A stretch of DNA of 53,087 bases, counting the filler, from Bipalium vagum (taxonomy: Eukaryota), in assembly GCA_037834085.1 (NCBI GenBank). It is 3 parts of 3 records of this genome, joined end to end, with 100 filler letters (N's around TTAATTAATTAA, not from the genome) between each part and the next. Parts side by side here need not be neighbours in the genome. Positions count along the whole stretch, not along the records: positions 34,758 to 53,087 come from JBBMKC010032463.1; 2 more parts are not named here. One strand, given 5' to 3'. Below are positions 38,301 to 52,913 of this stretch, piece after piece. Every line of letters starts with the position of its first letter. Position 1 is the stretch's first letter. The translations under genes were made by a program, and so were the position numbers. Below the pieces are notes generated by a model. It did not search any database, was not told the DNA's origin, and worked only from the letters and a program-made list of their open reading frames with translations.

Positions 38301-41300
38301 ATGACTCGAATTGAAAAATGGTAACAGATCACCAAATATTATTATTATTAATACAATTCTATTTTTTCTATTCAATTTCATTTTTTATAAAATTTTTTCC
38401 TCCATTCAATATTTAATTCAGATAAAGAAAACGAAAGATCCGAAATAAATCGATTTTTTAAATTCTTGTTTCATTAAAAATTTAGGAAAACATCTCACCA
38501 TGTCATTAAAATACCAAAACTCTGGTCAATGATAATAAACAGAACTGTTCAACTTACGCTTATCAAATTTCTTTTAAAGTTAATCAATTTTACTAAAATT
38601 AAAAACGTCAAGACTGAAAATGTTAACAAAATTTTAGTTAAAAAAACAGAAAAACCTGAAAACCCTAATTACTACTGACAAAATTAATTATCAAAGTTCA
38701 TTGAACAATAAATTAAGTCTCAAAATTGATTACATTGTAATAATTTGTCAAGAAGATAATGGATAAATTATTAACATATTTACAATATAAGAAAAGTATT
38801 AATACCAACATGCACTTGTCTGTTAATAAAAACAGCTGTTGTTACGGCTCCCGTCGTAGCGAGGACATATGACGTACCAAGTCGCCTGTAATATTTCAGT
38901 TTAATAAAATCATCAATATGCGTTTTAGTGAAGCATTCTTTAATAAATTAAGTGGAAAATCGAAGACGCCCGTTAATGAAAAATTTCCTTATTATTTAGA
39001 AGAGTTTTAGAAATTTTCGAAACTCTTCCTAGCGGCTAAATTCTGTTGAGAGGTGCAATTGACCGTGTCTTTCCAACTTAATTTGATTATAGAAAATCAT
39101 TAAGCATAAGGTTGCAACAATAATTGAATTTAAGTCTAAATTGCTTCTTTGTATCATCATAATATTATAAAAAAAATAATGTTGAACAATAAAAATATCA
39201 ATTGAAAGACAGGTGTATTTAAAATAAACAATTACTGGTCTTGTCTTAAAGCATTTTTTCCAAATCTTCAACTTTACAAAAGAAAATATAATTTTGAAAT
39301 ACAAAATTTTGGTTTCCTTAGAAATATTCATTTTTATCAGAAAATTAAATTGAAAAATCGGTTCGTTTGATTCGGAAATCTCTTTTCAGCAAATATCACA
39401 CAAAAAATAAAGAAATCAATTAATAAAATAAAAATTGAATACATATATAAAAGAAAAGTATTAGGAGAAAAATTTCATTTCATATTTTAAAACAGGTGTT
39501 AAGTGTGAAATGAAAATAAATGGAAAGAAAATTAAAAATTAAAGATATTAAAAAAAAATAGAGAAGCTGATCAAATAATTTAGGATTCAAATATTTTTAA
39601 GAATAAATTTTTTAATGAATTTTTAAAAGTTTGATGCGACAAAATATCTTAAACCACTAAATTGACACAGTAAAGTATCTTTTATTAACTTCACAAGTTG
39701 TGAAAGTACAGTTAGTTAAATTTTTCAAATACAATGAACACTTGGACGGAATGTGATCTATTCCGAAAATGTTTAGCTTTGAAGTTTAATTAAATTTTTC
39801 ATAATGTAAATATTAATTAATTAACCTTTTAAAGAGGTTAGTTTATTTATTTCAAATAAATACAACTTTTCGTCACTTTGAATTTCCGATTTACTTCTTT
39901 ATTATAATTTTAAAGTTATCATTAATTCTGATTGAAGACAGATAACAAATGTATGCAGTATCATACTCAAGAACAGTCGATTTGAATGATTTTGACAAGT
40001 GGCCCACATGAAATTTTTTATTTTAATAATTAAATCGAAATCCACCAAAAAAAACAAAACACATAAATTGCAAATCACTTTTTAAATTAAGCCAGAGATT
40101 TTTCATTCATTATTTAACTTTGAAGAGAAAATCGTTTACAATTTTCAGCAGAAAAGATAGTGTCAAAAAGCAAAACTGGTTATTTTCTAATAGGCAGCAA
40201 ATAAAACTTGGTTGAATGAGTAAAAAATGAGAATTTATTAGATTTCTTAGCTTCAAGAAACTTATCTTGATCTTTAAGATCATCGGAATATCTTTTTCCG
40301 GATATCATTTAAGTTAAAAATTAACAGAATCCTACCAGTATTTATATAACATAAATATTCACGACTTCCGCTCACGATAATAAAAGCTATTTTGAAACTT
40401 ACCACTATTAAAAATTTAAGTTTCCAAAAATTATTGAAACCATATTGAGATTTAAAAATCAAAATATTTATGGCCCTTTTTTTTTAATTTTTAACAGTTG
40501 AACAATGAGATCTATTTTCACGAAAAATAAAATGGATAGATTACAGAAATACACTATAACAAATTATTACAACAATAATAAATTATAATAATAGAATTAA
40601 GAAAATACCTCACGTGTCAAATGCATGTTTTACAAATGAGTTATAATATATTAATATATCCGTTTGAGTGCAACTATTATAAAAATGAAATATTGAGTTT
40701 TTAGATTTTATTATTATTTTAAACCTAAATTAATATATAGATTTATTAAACGTAGTTTAGCTTTTTCATTCTAAAGTCAATAAAATTATCTTAAACACTT
40801 TAGAAACTGAATTAAAAAAATTTTCTGCATTCATCATATTTGTTTGATTTACTAGACAGATTTTTTGATAAACCAAATAAGAGATTCATTTATTATAGAA
40901 ATAAGCTGTTTCCAACAAAAGGAAATGAGAGCACTGCTCGACTCTTTAAATTCACAAATATAAGTTTTCAAAAAAATCGAATAGACACGTTAGGCGAAAC
41001 AAAGGATAGCTGGAATTTTTGTAAGTTTATAGATAAATTCCTAGAAAAATAATGCATCACATTTGCTTCGATAACCTTTCGACATTTATCTGCTAAATTC
41101 AAGATGCCATTATTTTAGAACTTCTGATTTTTCCGATCGAAAAACTAAAAAATGCAGTTTTCACAATCCTCTTTTGAAATTATTAACACTACATTAAGAA
41201 AATTCTGCAGAGACAGAAACAACTGCTAGACTAACAATGCTAAGTCTGGACTATGGAACCTGACAGACTTTTTCAATTTGGTGACTCAATAAAGATGCAT

Positions 41301-44300
41301 GTGGTTGGGCGTTGTTTTAATGAAACACCCTACCATTTCTACTGAGTAATTCATACCAGCTTTTTTCATAGTTTGGTTTAATCTCTCAAATTTCTGACAC
41401 TCTGAATACAGAATCAATTTGTTAAACACGTTCTAGCAGCTCATAATTTGTGATTCCTTTCAAATTCCAGAAAACAGACATCACATTTCTTGAAAACTAT
41501 CTTCGCTTTGCAATCGTTTGTTAGCTTCATCTTTTTTGGACCTCGATCTTTTTTTCAGATTATTATCATACGTCACTTTTCACCTACGGCTCAAGTTTAT
41601 TTCTTTTTAATAAAGATTGGGAAGTAGAGATTCTGCAGATGCGATTATTTTCGGATAAATTATGATGCATTCAAATATCAAGCTTTTCCAGATGATTTGA
41701 CAATTTCCAGTTTTTTGAAAAATGTCTATATTCTTAGCGATTTCATAAATGCTTTTGTACCCGTTTTGCTCGATTATTTTCATTATATAGTCATAATTAT
41801 CTCCGATTATATAGCGAGATAAATATTTCAACTCAAAGTTGTCTTGGCGAAATTGCAAACCACCCTAATACTGTTCTTTCTGATTTGACATCAAAACTCA
41901 TAAACTGCACATATTATTCTGAGACAATGGGTAGCATTTTCTCTTCCAGAAAATAAAAGTTCATAATACATTGCATTTTTATATTTTTCATTTTTTTAGA
42001 CATCTTTAATTAAGATAAACAAATGATATTAATATAATTTTTTATAATTATTGTTTTTAGTAATTGATTTTACTAATAGATTTATTTCAATTGAATTTCA
42101 AACTTATACTGCCTACAATTCAAATTAAAACTATCTATAATGAAAACATCAGAAACCTTTTAAGTCAACTAATTGTTCTCATAATTTATCTGATTATAAT
42201 TCTGACTTTTTCATGTCTCAAAAAAGAATAAATATAATCATTAAAATAACATTAAAAATATTTACTGAGGACTTATTAAAGAATCTCCAGAATTATTTGT
42301 ATAGTTCACGACAGCATTAAAAGACTGGTTAAACCATTGCCAGAATACAACTGCAGGAGTGCTCCTGAAATAAATTTTATTATTATAAATTATTTTATAA
42401 AATTTAATTTCAAATATCAATATTTTAAAATTAAATAATTCCTTCAAAAAATTTTCATCAATAATTAAATTATATTCAAAATTGACAAAAATTTAAAGTT
42501 TCAAAATATATTCAATTATTTTATAAAATCAATGTTTTTCATTGAATAAGAGGATACTTTAAATTTTATTTATAAATTGTTTCAATTAATTAATTTTAAT
42601 ATTTATTTTAATTATTTCCTGTTATTATTCAACTTCAATGGACAATATAATAGATATAACATCAATAAAACGAATAAACAATGAAAAACATGATTCGAAG
42701 GCGTTCGGAATCGAGTTTCGTGATTTATGTATATATTACATAAGTGCAAGAATTTTTCTCTTAATTAAATAACATCGGAAATATAATTTAACATTAAAAA
42801 TCAATTTTAATTACAACATTTTATCAGAAATTCTAAAGAGAATCGGAAATGTCGAATTTTAGAAATATAATCATGTTATGTTAAGTAATTTCATAAAGGA
42901 AAACCGAACATTTAGAGATTTTCTCCATTAATGGCATTTAACTAAATTCTTTTCATCAGTAGCTATACGTAAATACCGCTAATTTAATATCTGTCATTAT
43001 CATTATTTCGGTTGACCAGTTATATTATAAATTTCTTGTTTATGGAAAAACAAAGATTAAACCTATTTATTTAATACGATATCCAAAATTCTTATAACCT
43101 TTTGGATATTAAAAATATCATGAATTATTATTAATTATAATTAATTAGTTATCAATATCATTTTTTATTATTATTATTACTACTATTATTTATTAGTTTT
43201 TTATTAATTTATTATTATTTAAAAACGTACCACATACAATATAATAATTAAAATGTGTACTTTAGTAAATTTTATTTTTAAAATTAAAATTATGAAAAAG
43301 ACTGAAAAGATTTATAAATAACATCCAAATGATATTAGATAAGTAATTTTATGTATGATTATTATTATTAATAATAAATATCAATCATATTCTCTCAATT
43401 GAATTAGGAATATTAGAAAAGAAAATAAAAAATTCAAGCAATCTCCTTAAATTTATAAGTATGATTTATCTGATCTACCAATTTCACAAATTATTCATTG
43501 ATCAGAGTTTACACCAAGATCATCTTATATATTTCTACTGAATGAGATCAGATAAAAATGAAAATCAATAATACAATTGAATTTTAAATGAATTTTTAGA
43601 CATAAATTCGTATTTGTTCATCTTTGTTAAATATATTCAAACAATAAATTGTACTATGTTCTTATTGTTCTAAAAATCTTAAAATCAGTGCAAAATTATT
43701 TTGGAAAACAATGAATTCATATCTTATTAAAACTTGAAAAGTGTTGTCACTCATATTAATTTATCTCTTGATAAGGAAATAATAAAATATAAGTTTTTTA
43801 GAACACTGAAAGATTATTAATTACCAGAAATTAATTGTAAAAATTGAAGTAAATAACTTGAACTAATTATTTTAACAATATTACACAATGATTTGATTTT
43901 ACAATTAAACTTTTTATTAAAATAAAAAATGAAAATTTATTAAATCTTTTTTTACTAATACAATAATTTTACTACTAATAAAAATAAGTATCAAAAATAT
44001 AATTAATTTATAAAAAATATGTTTAGGATTTTTGACAAAATTTTAATAAAAAATAATAATTATAATTATAACTATAATAATTATAATTATAACTATAATA
44101 ATTATAATTATAACTATAATAATTATAATNNNNNNNNNNNNNNNNNNNNNNNNNNNNNNNNNNNNNNNNNNNNNNNNNNNNNNNNNNNNNNNNNNNNNNN
44201 NNNNNNNNNNNNNNNNNNNNNNNNNNNNNAATTATAATTATAACTATAATAATTATAATTATAACTATAATAATTATAATTATAACTATAATAATTATAA

Positions 44301-47300
44301 TTATAAATATAAAAATGATTATTATAATAATTATAACAATAAATAATAATTATAATTATAACAATAGTAATAAATTCTTTGTATCAATATAATAATAAGA
44401 ATTTTTAAACGTACTGGTTAACTTTTACCTGTTTGAATTATAAGGATTTTTATTTTTTAAAGTAATATTTTTTATGTAAGAATTGATTAAAATTATAATT
44501 ACTTTTGTATAATTAGTAATTAATTTAATAATTTCTTTTAATAATTGAATAAATTAACAAATAATTATTATTTAAATTTATTTATGTAACTCAAATTATT
44601 TTAAAATGAAAAATAATTTGGCAAAATAGCGGTTTTTGTTAGATAAAACCTAAAAATTGCCATATTTGAATAAAAATTATAATTTTAAAATTTATAATAA
44701 AATCTTTTTATAAAAATTCACAATGCCCTCTTAATTATAAACAATAAGATCAATTCATAATTTTAATGAGTCTCCTGTACTGAACAATGAATTCAGCTGA
44801 AAGATTTTTTATTATTCAAATTTAATGTCCACAGAGAATGATTTTTATCAACATTTTTGTTGTGAAAAGATAAATGTTCGTTTAACACTATGTCAAAATG
44901 TGGATTAAATGACGTCTCGACAATTCATTATCTAAGGTACTTTTAATCTAAACAGGATGCAGAGAACAATGAATTTCGTTGAAAATATGAATGTTAAGGG
45001 AATTAACAATTTAGTATTTAAAATAAATTAAAATGTAATTGTTAATACTGACTACTTGAAATTAGGATTACAATAATTTATCCAAATATTATATAAATAA
45101 AAAAAATTATAATTGAAATAAAATTTGTTTATATATTAAATTTATGTTACGTGTAATTTTTATTTATTTTTAATAAAAGTGAATGAATTTAATAATTCAA
45201 ATAATATTTAATATTTAATTTATAATAATAATATAATATCTTTAAATCAAAAACTTGTTAAACTTAAAATTAAATTAAAAAACAATAATTATATGTAAAA
45301 ATAATGTCATCACTATTCAATGAGTCTAAAAACCTTTATAAATAAAAATTATAACCATCTTTTGTTTTCAATTTGTGCTTTTGGCACCTATTATAAATCT
45401 TTGTTTTATTTTATTAGAAAAATAATCAATTAAATATCATTAAAATAATAGAAATAATAAAATAAGAATGAAAGTTAAAATTAATGATAATAACTAAAAA
45501 ATATTCAAATAGATTATTCAGGAAAAATACATTTTGTAAAATATGATGAGTGTAAGTGTTATTTAATTTTCGAATATTTTTACTTTTTCATTAACCTTTA
45601 CAAGGTTAGATAATATTATTTTAAACATTTTAATCAACTAATCAATTGTCAAAGGAAAATGAAACATTCGTTTTCAATTATTGGTTTAATTCATAAAACT
45701 AATTGATTGCATTTTTTATGTTTTTCAATATTACACATTATTTTTCAAAAAGTGAAAGTTGGAGTTTTACCTCTCTCTAATATCAGTGGGTTATGGTAAA
45801 GATTTGTTTGATTAATAGAGAAAATAAATTTCAATTCAAATTCTGTTTAACTAATTACATTAATTATTAGGTTGGTAAGATAAAAATTGCGTTTCTTATA
45901 CATTCAAACTTAACAATTAAATTTTTCAAGTCATATTTGTTTGAATGCATTAATTCATATAGATTTGAATGCGCAGAAACTGTTTTTCATTTCCATAGGT
46001 TTTACTTTATTATTATTACTAATTTCTAGTTTATATTATTTGTAGAAGGCAAATTAGCAAAATGCCAATTACAAGCAAATACACAAAAATTGTACTACTC
46101 CTAAAATCAATTAAGATTTTGATATGAATCAAGCAAAATGATCAACATACAACGAATCTTGAGCTTACAAAGAAACTAGGACGCAATCACCCGACAATTC
46201 TACACCACCTCCACTCACTTGGAAAAACATTGAAACTTGTTGAATTGTGACATCATGAGTTGAACGATTTTCAGAAAAATCGTACCTATGAAATGTGCTC
46301 CGCACTTTTGTTGCATAACAGTAACGATTTAATTCCTCATCGTAATATGATCTCGGATGAAAAAATGGATTACCAACAACAACTGGAAGCGGTCATCAGA
46401 GACTGAACATTCTCGAAACTCGAAATTGCACAAATAAAAAACAATGTCGATCTGATTCACAATAGTTTCTTAAATCAAGAAAAAATTCGAACATCAGAAA
46501 GATATTGTCAAGATTTCGGTGAAATGAACTGGATATTGCAATCTTTGTACCCCGCATTATTCAATAGGAAAAATAGAATAACTATTCAAGACAATTTTCA
46601 ACTACCAGTTGTAAAAAAATCCCTAAATGATTTGGAATATAAAAGTCTACTTCAACCAGCATATTCACCAGATCTATCGCTTACAGACTTTCTTTATTTA
46701 TCTTATTTTATGACCTCAATCCTTTATGTTTAGTAAAAAGTAATTTGTAATTCCAGTGTTGAATTACATTAATCAAATTGGTTTGCGGTAAATGTTTGAC
46801 TTCCTCACATTTTTAGCTTAAAACAGAGATTAATTAGACTATTTTGTATTAATCATTTTATTATCTAAAGATACCATACTTTAAATGAATCCTTACCAGT
46901 GGATAATATATAGAAATAAAGAGATTTCTGAAGTATTTTTAAAATGAAGTCATTGATTTAATATTAATCTTAAAGTTGAAAAACGTTTAATATAGCTCTA
47001 GTTTCGATCAGGTCAACGTTAATTTTTGTTAAACTTTTCATCAATTCTAACTCATTATTAGTGGAAAATCAATAAAATTCCAACTTTCAGCAAAAAGAAA
47101 AATTCTTCTATATCTTGCTTAAATAATCCTCAAGTAAAAATTACTTTAATCACAAAATTAATTGAAAATGGATTTTTTCACAGTAAAAGAATTATTCATA
47201 TTTTATCTGAACTTTAAAGTGATACAATATCGAAAATGTTTATGAAACTTAAAAGTCTATACAATCGATATTCAAAATAATGACTTCCATACAATTGTAA

Positions 47301-48687
47301 GTTTTCTCTCACTACATAAACAATTTATTATTTATACAAATTTTCCACTAAAAATTATAATAGTTAAAAAAATAAAACATTAGGTGGGAAAAGTTTTTTC
47401 GGTTTTCTGAAAACAAAAAAATTAAATATAAAAAGTTGAATAAGTGTTTATTTAAACCATATATGAACTTTTATATCGACAATCTTCGTCCTTTTTTCAA
47501 GTAGAGTCATTATTATCACTCAATTTGACTATTTACCCTAACATGAATGATGATTTAGTTTGAATATTTTTCGTCATTCTTAATAAGTTTTTCTTAATTT
47601 TAGAAGCAGGGATACAGATTTAACAATTTATCCTATAATTTTTTTAGGGTTAAGAAATGATCCAAATCAAAATATCACACTGCCTTTTAATAGATTTTTT
47701 CTAATACTTTTAAAAAGATTTTGGTCTTTTTTAAATCATTAATAATGTATAAATATGTTCAAATTCATTACTTTCATAAAAAAAATATCATATTGAACTA
47801 AAAAACAAAATAATATTTATACAATTGTTAATAAATAAATTGCTCGATAACAAAAAGTATTTCAAATAAAAGTGAAAATAATAAAAGCTCTAAAGCTAAA
47901 AATTTAAAAAATTTAATGTAATTTAGTAAATTTAAATCAACAGGTTAAAATGTATTATCAATATATTAATGATTCTTGTTATTAAAATTAAGGTTTCGAT
48001 AAAATGGTTTAAAAATTTATCGATAAGAAATTTAAATTATCCTTGACTTATAAAAAAAATTATGAAATATTTTTTGAAATCAAAACTTTTTAAAAAAATT
48101 ATAAATTTAATTATAATACATTAAGAATAATATTAAAACGTGGTTTTACTTTTCTCATAAATAAATCATAGAAAAAATTTGAAGTATTGCTATTTTAATT
48201 ATTTCACATATACGATTAAAAATATGGAAATACTTAAGAGAAATTATTACCACACTACTTTATTATTTATCGTCTATTTATTTATTCATTTTAGTTAATG
48301 ATACTTAATTGAATCACATTTAAAATATGAATGAAATAAAATAAGTAAATTCATTATTAACTTATAAAAGCTCATAAGACATCCTGTAATTACAATATTT
48401 GCAGGAACCTGAAATGACATACGGCCTGGTAATATCATTTTTTTCCCAGTATCAGGATGAAAAGCTGAGTCGTACATAGTCTTATATTCCCATAATTTAT
48501 CTTCTGATATATGTGAAAGTTTATCACCCTTCCTGTATGCATCAATAATTGATTTGGCCTCGTCTAATTCTTTATCAGTTCTAAACGCATTTCGAGGGTT
48601 TGTCGTAACAAAGAAATGCTTAGCTCTTCCAATAAAAGTTGATTGATCATATCTTGGTTTTTCTATGTTCACTCTATGTTCAGGCAT
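35009..48687 (-). CDS. SFXN1: Sideroflexin (SFXN1/3-like mitochondrial carrier), 3'-incomplete; exons 48687-48362, 42364-42266, 38885-38810, 35222-35009
   Basis: Phase-consistent GT-AG exons encode [34 protein letters not shown] / [23 protein letters not shown] / [17 protein letters not shown] / [34 protein letters not shown], all sideroflexin signatures. The SFXN1 versus SFXN3 assignment is not resolvable. Confidence 0.93.
36245..36567. mobile_element. hAT (Charlie/Buster-type) MITE, 323 bp
   Basis: TIR cagtggttctcaacc / ggttgaggaccactg (14 of 15); degenerate 8-bp TSD ctttaaaa / ctctagaa with central TA. Confidence 0.85.
37850..38340 (+). mobile_element. Decayed mariner transposase C-terminal half
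   Basis: [38 protein letters not shown]. Confidence 0.7.
41060..41960 (-). mobile_element. Decayed mariner transposase
   Basis: [35 protein letters not shown] and further frameshifted mariner-like segments. Confidence 0.65.
44055..44305. repeat. AT-rich minisatellite (21-bp unit aattataattataactataat) spanning a plain 100-N gap (44130-44229)
   Basis: The same unit occurs on both sides of the gap. Confidence 0.9.
45868..46700 (+). mobile_element. Decayed mariner element, 3' end missing
   Basis: TIR ta|ttaggttggtaagataaaaattgcg; [43 protein letters not shown]. Confidence 0.85.
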
Positions 48688-49096
48688 GTTTGAAATAGTA
48701 AAACTTTTAAAAATGAGCTCTAAATAAATTTATAATTATGCACGTTATTAAAGCCGATATAAAAATATTAATATTACATTGTTGAATTTAACTAAGAATT
48801 TGTTTCTATTAAAATTACAAATATTAAAATTACAAATATTTAAATCAATTTCAAGACATTGAGGTCACAATATAAAAAATTATTAAAACAAGATTCACGA
48901 TTATCAAAATTACTTATTTTATAAAAAAGTTTTCACTTTTAAATGTCATTAATAAAGTTTTTTAATTTATTGAAATCTCGATTTTTACTTAATTTTCTTA
49001 AATAAAAATGTATATAAAATATTAAAATACATACAATACAATACTAAGGCCTACATCAAATAAAATCGAATTCAGATTTTCATTAAATATATAATA

Positions 49097-49273
49097 CAGT
49101 TAAACCTCTTTATAAAGACACCCCTCTGGAGCGGCCAAGCTGTCATTATATAGAGATTTACCAATTTTGAATAATTCAGTGGATAAAAACAGTTAAATCT
49201 CTTTAAAACGATACTCCTCAGAACGACTAAACTGTGGTTACATAGAAGATGTCGTTATATAGAAATTCCACTA
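49097..49273. mobile_element. Short pogo/Tigger-like MITE(s), apparently two related units in tandem
   Basis: ta|cagttaaacctctttataaagacac..tgtcattatatagagattt and cagttaaatctctttaaaacgatac..tgtcgttatatagaaattccacta. Confidence 0.55.
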
Positions 49274-50159
49274 CAATCTATGAACTAATTTGGTACTTTA
49301 TATAATACTTTAATAATATTTTAATATTTTTAATAATATTGTTGGGATCCATAGAAAAAGAGGTCAGAGCACTCTCAGCGTCCCTTAGCAATTCAAAACC
49401 AAGGCTTACAAAGTAGCCGGAGCAGCAACAAACGAACCAAAACCTGATGGTCCGCAGTTCTTCCCCAAAGCTCATAATTGATATTTAATAATTGAATTTT
49501 TTTGTGAATTTTGCATGAAAAAACCTTGTTAGCCTTACTTTCTTTATATTTATGGCTCCTTATGTAATTTTATATTTTTAACTTAATAATATTTTAATTT
49601 ATAATTTCTTTTTTAATTAAGATAAATAAATAATTTAATAATAAATATAAATTGTGGGTTGAAGTTTATTAAAATGTAACCCACAAAATTAATGAATAAG
49701 CTTGATTCAGAAAATGAAACTTACTAAAAATACATTAATATGAGTGAATATTAAATTGAAGATGGATATATTTAGTAAGTTCTATTATATAAGAACTTTC
49801 CTTAAATAACAACAGCCCACTTTATTGTTGGAAAGCTTTATTTTGAACCAATCCAGAATTCAGAAATGTGAAAATCAGGAGTATAAAAGCTCCTGGTTTT
49901 CGCATTCAATTTGCACTTAACTTCGTCTTAACAAATTTAGTAGATAATAAAAAAGTAAATAAAACCAATTTTCGCTATTTTATAAACCGACCTCTTTTGA
50001 GTCAAGCAAATTAAATAATTAACACTCAACAGATTCAGATCAAATACTCTGAAATACGTTCTTTTTATTTTCTACTTTCAGTTTTTTGTTCTCTTTGCAA
50101 ATCAATTCTGCTTTGCTCTAGGCTGAACCCACCTAGCGAAACACCGTATCTGAACAACA

Positions 50160-50365
50160 ACAGAACCAATTAATCTCAAACCGTTTGGACAGCCGATGAA
50201 TCTAGCGGAAAAGATACAAGAGACTGTTAAGAAACCTAGACGATAATGGAATTATTAAGAAATGTAAATCCCCTTAGAACACACCGTTGATTTGCTTGTG
50301 GAAGAAGGAGAAGAAAAATATCCGACTATGCTTGCATTTTCCGCAGTTGAATAAAGTGACGGACC
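50160..50365 (+). mobile_element. Ty3/Gypsy reverse transcriptase N-terminal fragment
   Basis: EPINLKPFGQPMNLAEKIQETV / LDDNGIIKKCKSP*NTPLICLWKKEKKNIRLCLHFPQLNKVT. Confidence 0.85.
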
Positions 50366-50489
50366 TAGGTAATGCATACTATCAGGTGAAATTAGAGGAT
50401 ATAAGAACTTATTTGTACAGCATTGTATTATTTAAATTAAGTTAAAATTTAACTAAATTTAATTTGTTTATATAATTCAAAATTATTGT

Positions 50490-50911
50490 TGACCATAATT
50501 AATTGCCGCACTAAATTGAATTTGGATTTTCTTTATCAATTTTAATTTTATACTTAAAATTTTTACAATATATAATAAGTGAGAATTAATAATTATAAAA
50601 ATTTAAACAAAAAGTCCGACATTGAGAAAGGGATGATTAAGGCCTACCACGAAGCCGGAAAATCAAACAGATGGATCGGAAATAAGTTAAACAGAAATGA
50701 AAGCTCCATAAGATATTATTGGAAAAATGGAGAAAGCGAAAATCGTAAGCCTGTCTCAAAGACAAAGATTTCACCCAAAATGAAACGATTGATTATTCGC
50801 AAATCCAGCAATAAATCGAATTCAAACTCGACAATTAAACATGAACTTAACTTAAACGTAAGCAAGGAGACTATCCGCCTTGTTATCAACAATTCCCAAG
50901 TCTTAAAATAC
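50490..50911 (+). mobile_element. Tc3/Tc1-like transposase DNA-binding N-terminus, truncated
   Basis: SDIEKGMIKAYHEAGKSNRWIGNKLNRNESSI..KISPKMKRLIIRKSSN..IKHELNLNVSKETIRLVI; similarity stops at about 50911. Confidence 0.8.
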
Positions 50912-52913
50912 TGTGGAGACTACAACCAGGTCAAGCCCCTAGTCAAGCGCAGAATTCAAATCAACCAAGCCAAGAGCAACCATTCCCAATCAAAACATAT
51001 TCAAACCAATCCAAACCAAAAACTGATCGCTAATATTGTGCTTATATTTACATTGACATTATTATCCTAAGAGTGTGCTTATTCTTACATTAACATTATT
51101 TTTCATATTGTGTGATTAGTATTTCCTTCAATTTTATTTGATTCTCTCAGTGTAAAAATATTAACATTATTTTCTTTGGTTTTATGTATAATTTGATATA
51201 TCCTAATTTGATATTTTCAGTGTAAAAATATGTATTGTATAATCGTTCTTGATTGATTTGTATAAATAAAAATAAACAATAAAATAATAAATTAAGCAAT
51301 AATAAATAATGAAAAAGAATAATAAGAAATATCATAATAAATAATATATTGATAATAAGATAATGCATATATAAATAATATCTTGAAGAATAGCATTAAC
51401 AGTAGTATTATTTATGTGTAAGCGCAGAGTAATATATATTATTATTAATGATTATAGTATTTATTTATCTATTAATTTATTAAAGTAAAATATAGAAAAA
51501 TTTATAATAAAGTAACATAAAGTTACTAATAATAGAAAATAGTTAAGAATTTTTATATTGGAAAATAAGAAAGTGGTAAAAATAGGAAAGAGAAGAACAG
51601 TAGAATTTTAATAAGGAAAAGAAGATTACTATTTATGGAAAAGATAGTAAAAAGAACAGTATAAAAAGAACAAGAAGACGCACAAAATTAAATAAAAAGA
51701 ATTACAGTTACGACTATTAGCAAATACAAGTTTATTCACAGAATTATCATCCCACCAAAGTTTTTATCAAAATCAAGGACCGTGCTACCATAATTCAAGT
51801 TTGATCGCCAAGTTTTCATTCTGCTGTAACCGAACCACCACGCAACGTAGAAACGGATCAACCGATATTCACCAACAACCTCGCTGAAATCTGAAGATTA
51901 GCCATAGAACCACCACACAACTTAGAAACGGATAAAAGGAGTAAAAACTAGCAATAAAAAAGAAAAGGAAAACGTAAATAGAGAAAGAATACAACAGACA
52001 TCAAACAAAAGGCAAGGCGCGAATCAAGAGAAAAAGAATATTTTGTTTATGATTTTGAAATAGTAAATTTTGTTATTTTTATTATTGTTAATAACTTGTT
52101 ATATTACCATAACAAAGTTGGTAGATATAAAATTAATATCAGTAGTATTAAAGTAACACTTAATTTGATAATTATTTTATCTGTTAGAAATTACAATAAT
52201 TTTACAACTTGTTGCACCAGTGTAACAAAGTTTGTTATTATAATATTTTTATATCTAAAATTTCAATAATAATAACCATTATAAAAACTAGCTTGGAACT
52301 AAAAGTTCACAAGACTAATCTCGATTGTCAGTAAATATAATATACCATTTGATATTTGATATTCCTTTTTATTTAATTAAACAGGCGTGTCTTGCTATAC
52401 AAGACACAGTTTGTCCATAATAAATAAGTAAATACTTAGGCCAGAACCTGATGATTATCTATTTTTTTCACTTTTCCGCTGCTTATAATTTTTTATTTTT
52501 CCTTTCATATTTCACACGCTAAGTAGGTCGGTGAGATATATTTTTCTTCTTAATCGAGGACCTCTGAGCCTAAGAGCGAGAGGATTTTTCCTAAATAATA
52601 AATACAATTAATAAAATCAAATCAATCAGTCAAGATCGATATCACTTATTTGTGATCTTAAACTTTGAACAAAATAAAAGTATTAATGTCGATTCATTTT
52701 CTCAGATAATTTAACTAATTATAACCGAACACCAAAGTCAGCAACCTTCACACGTTAAGACCTAAGAACTAAGAATTAATTGTGAATAAGAATTTTTTGT
52801 GAATAAAAATAGATTTTTTGGAAATTGTGGCGATATTTTCTTGATATTTTTATTCTTTGTTTAATATAGTTGGTTATATTTTGATTTTTCAATTATTTTT
52901 TTAAATTTGCACT

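Noticed and set aside
44019-44237. Asn/Tyr-rich ORF and other short AT-rich ORFs in the track (e.g. 16765-16953, 39029-39331, 51147-51368)
   Set aside because: Translations of satellites, gaps or low-complexity DNA with no family similarity.
49340-49475. GC-richer patch upstream of sideroflexin as an exon or ncRNA
   Set aside because: No recognisable motif, splice structure or fold; similar unassignable patches occur at 5900-6300, 27680-27880, 28290-28620 and 34090-34620.
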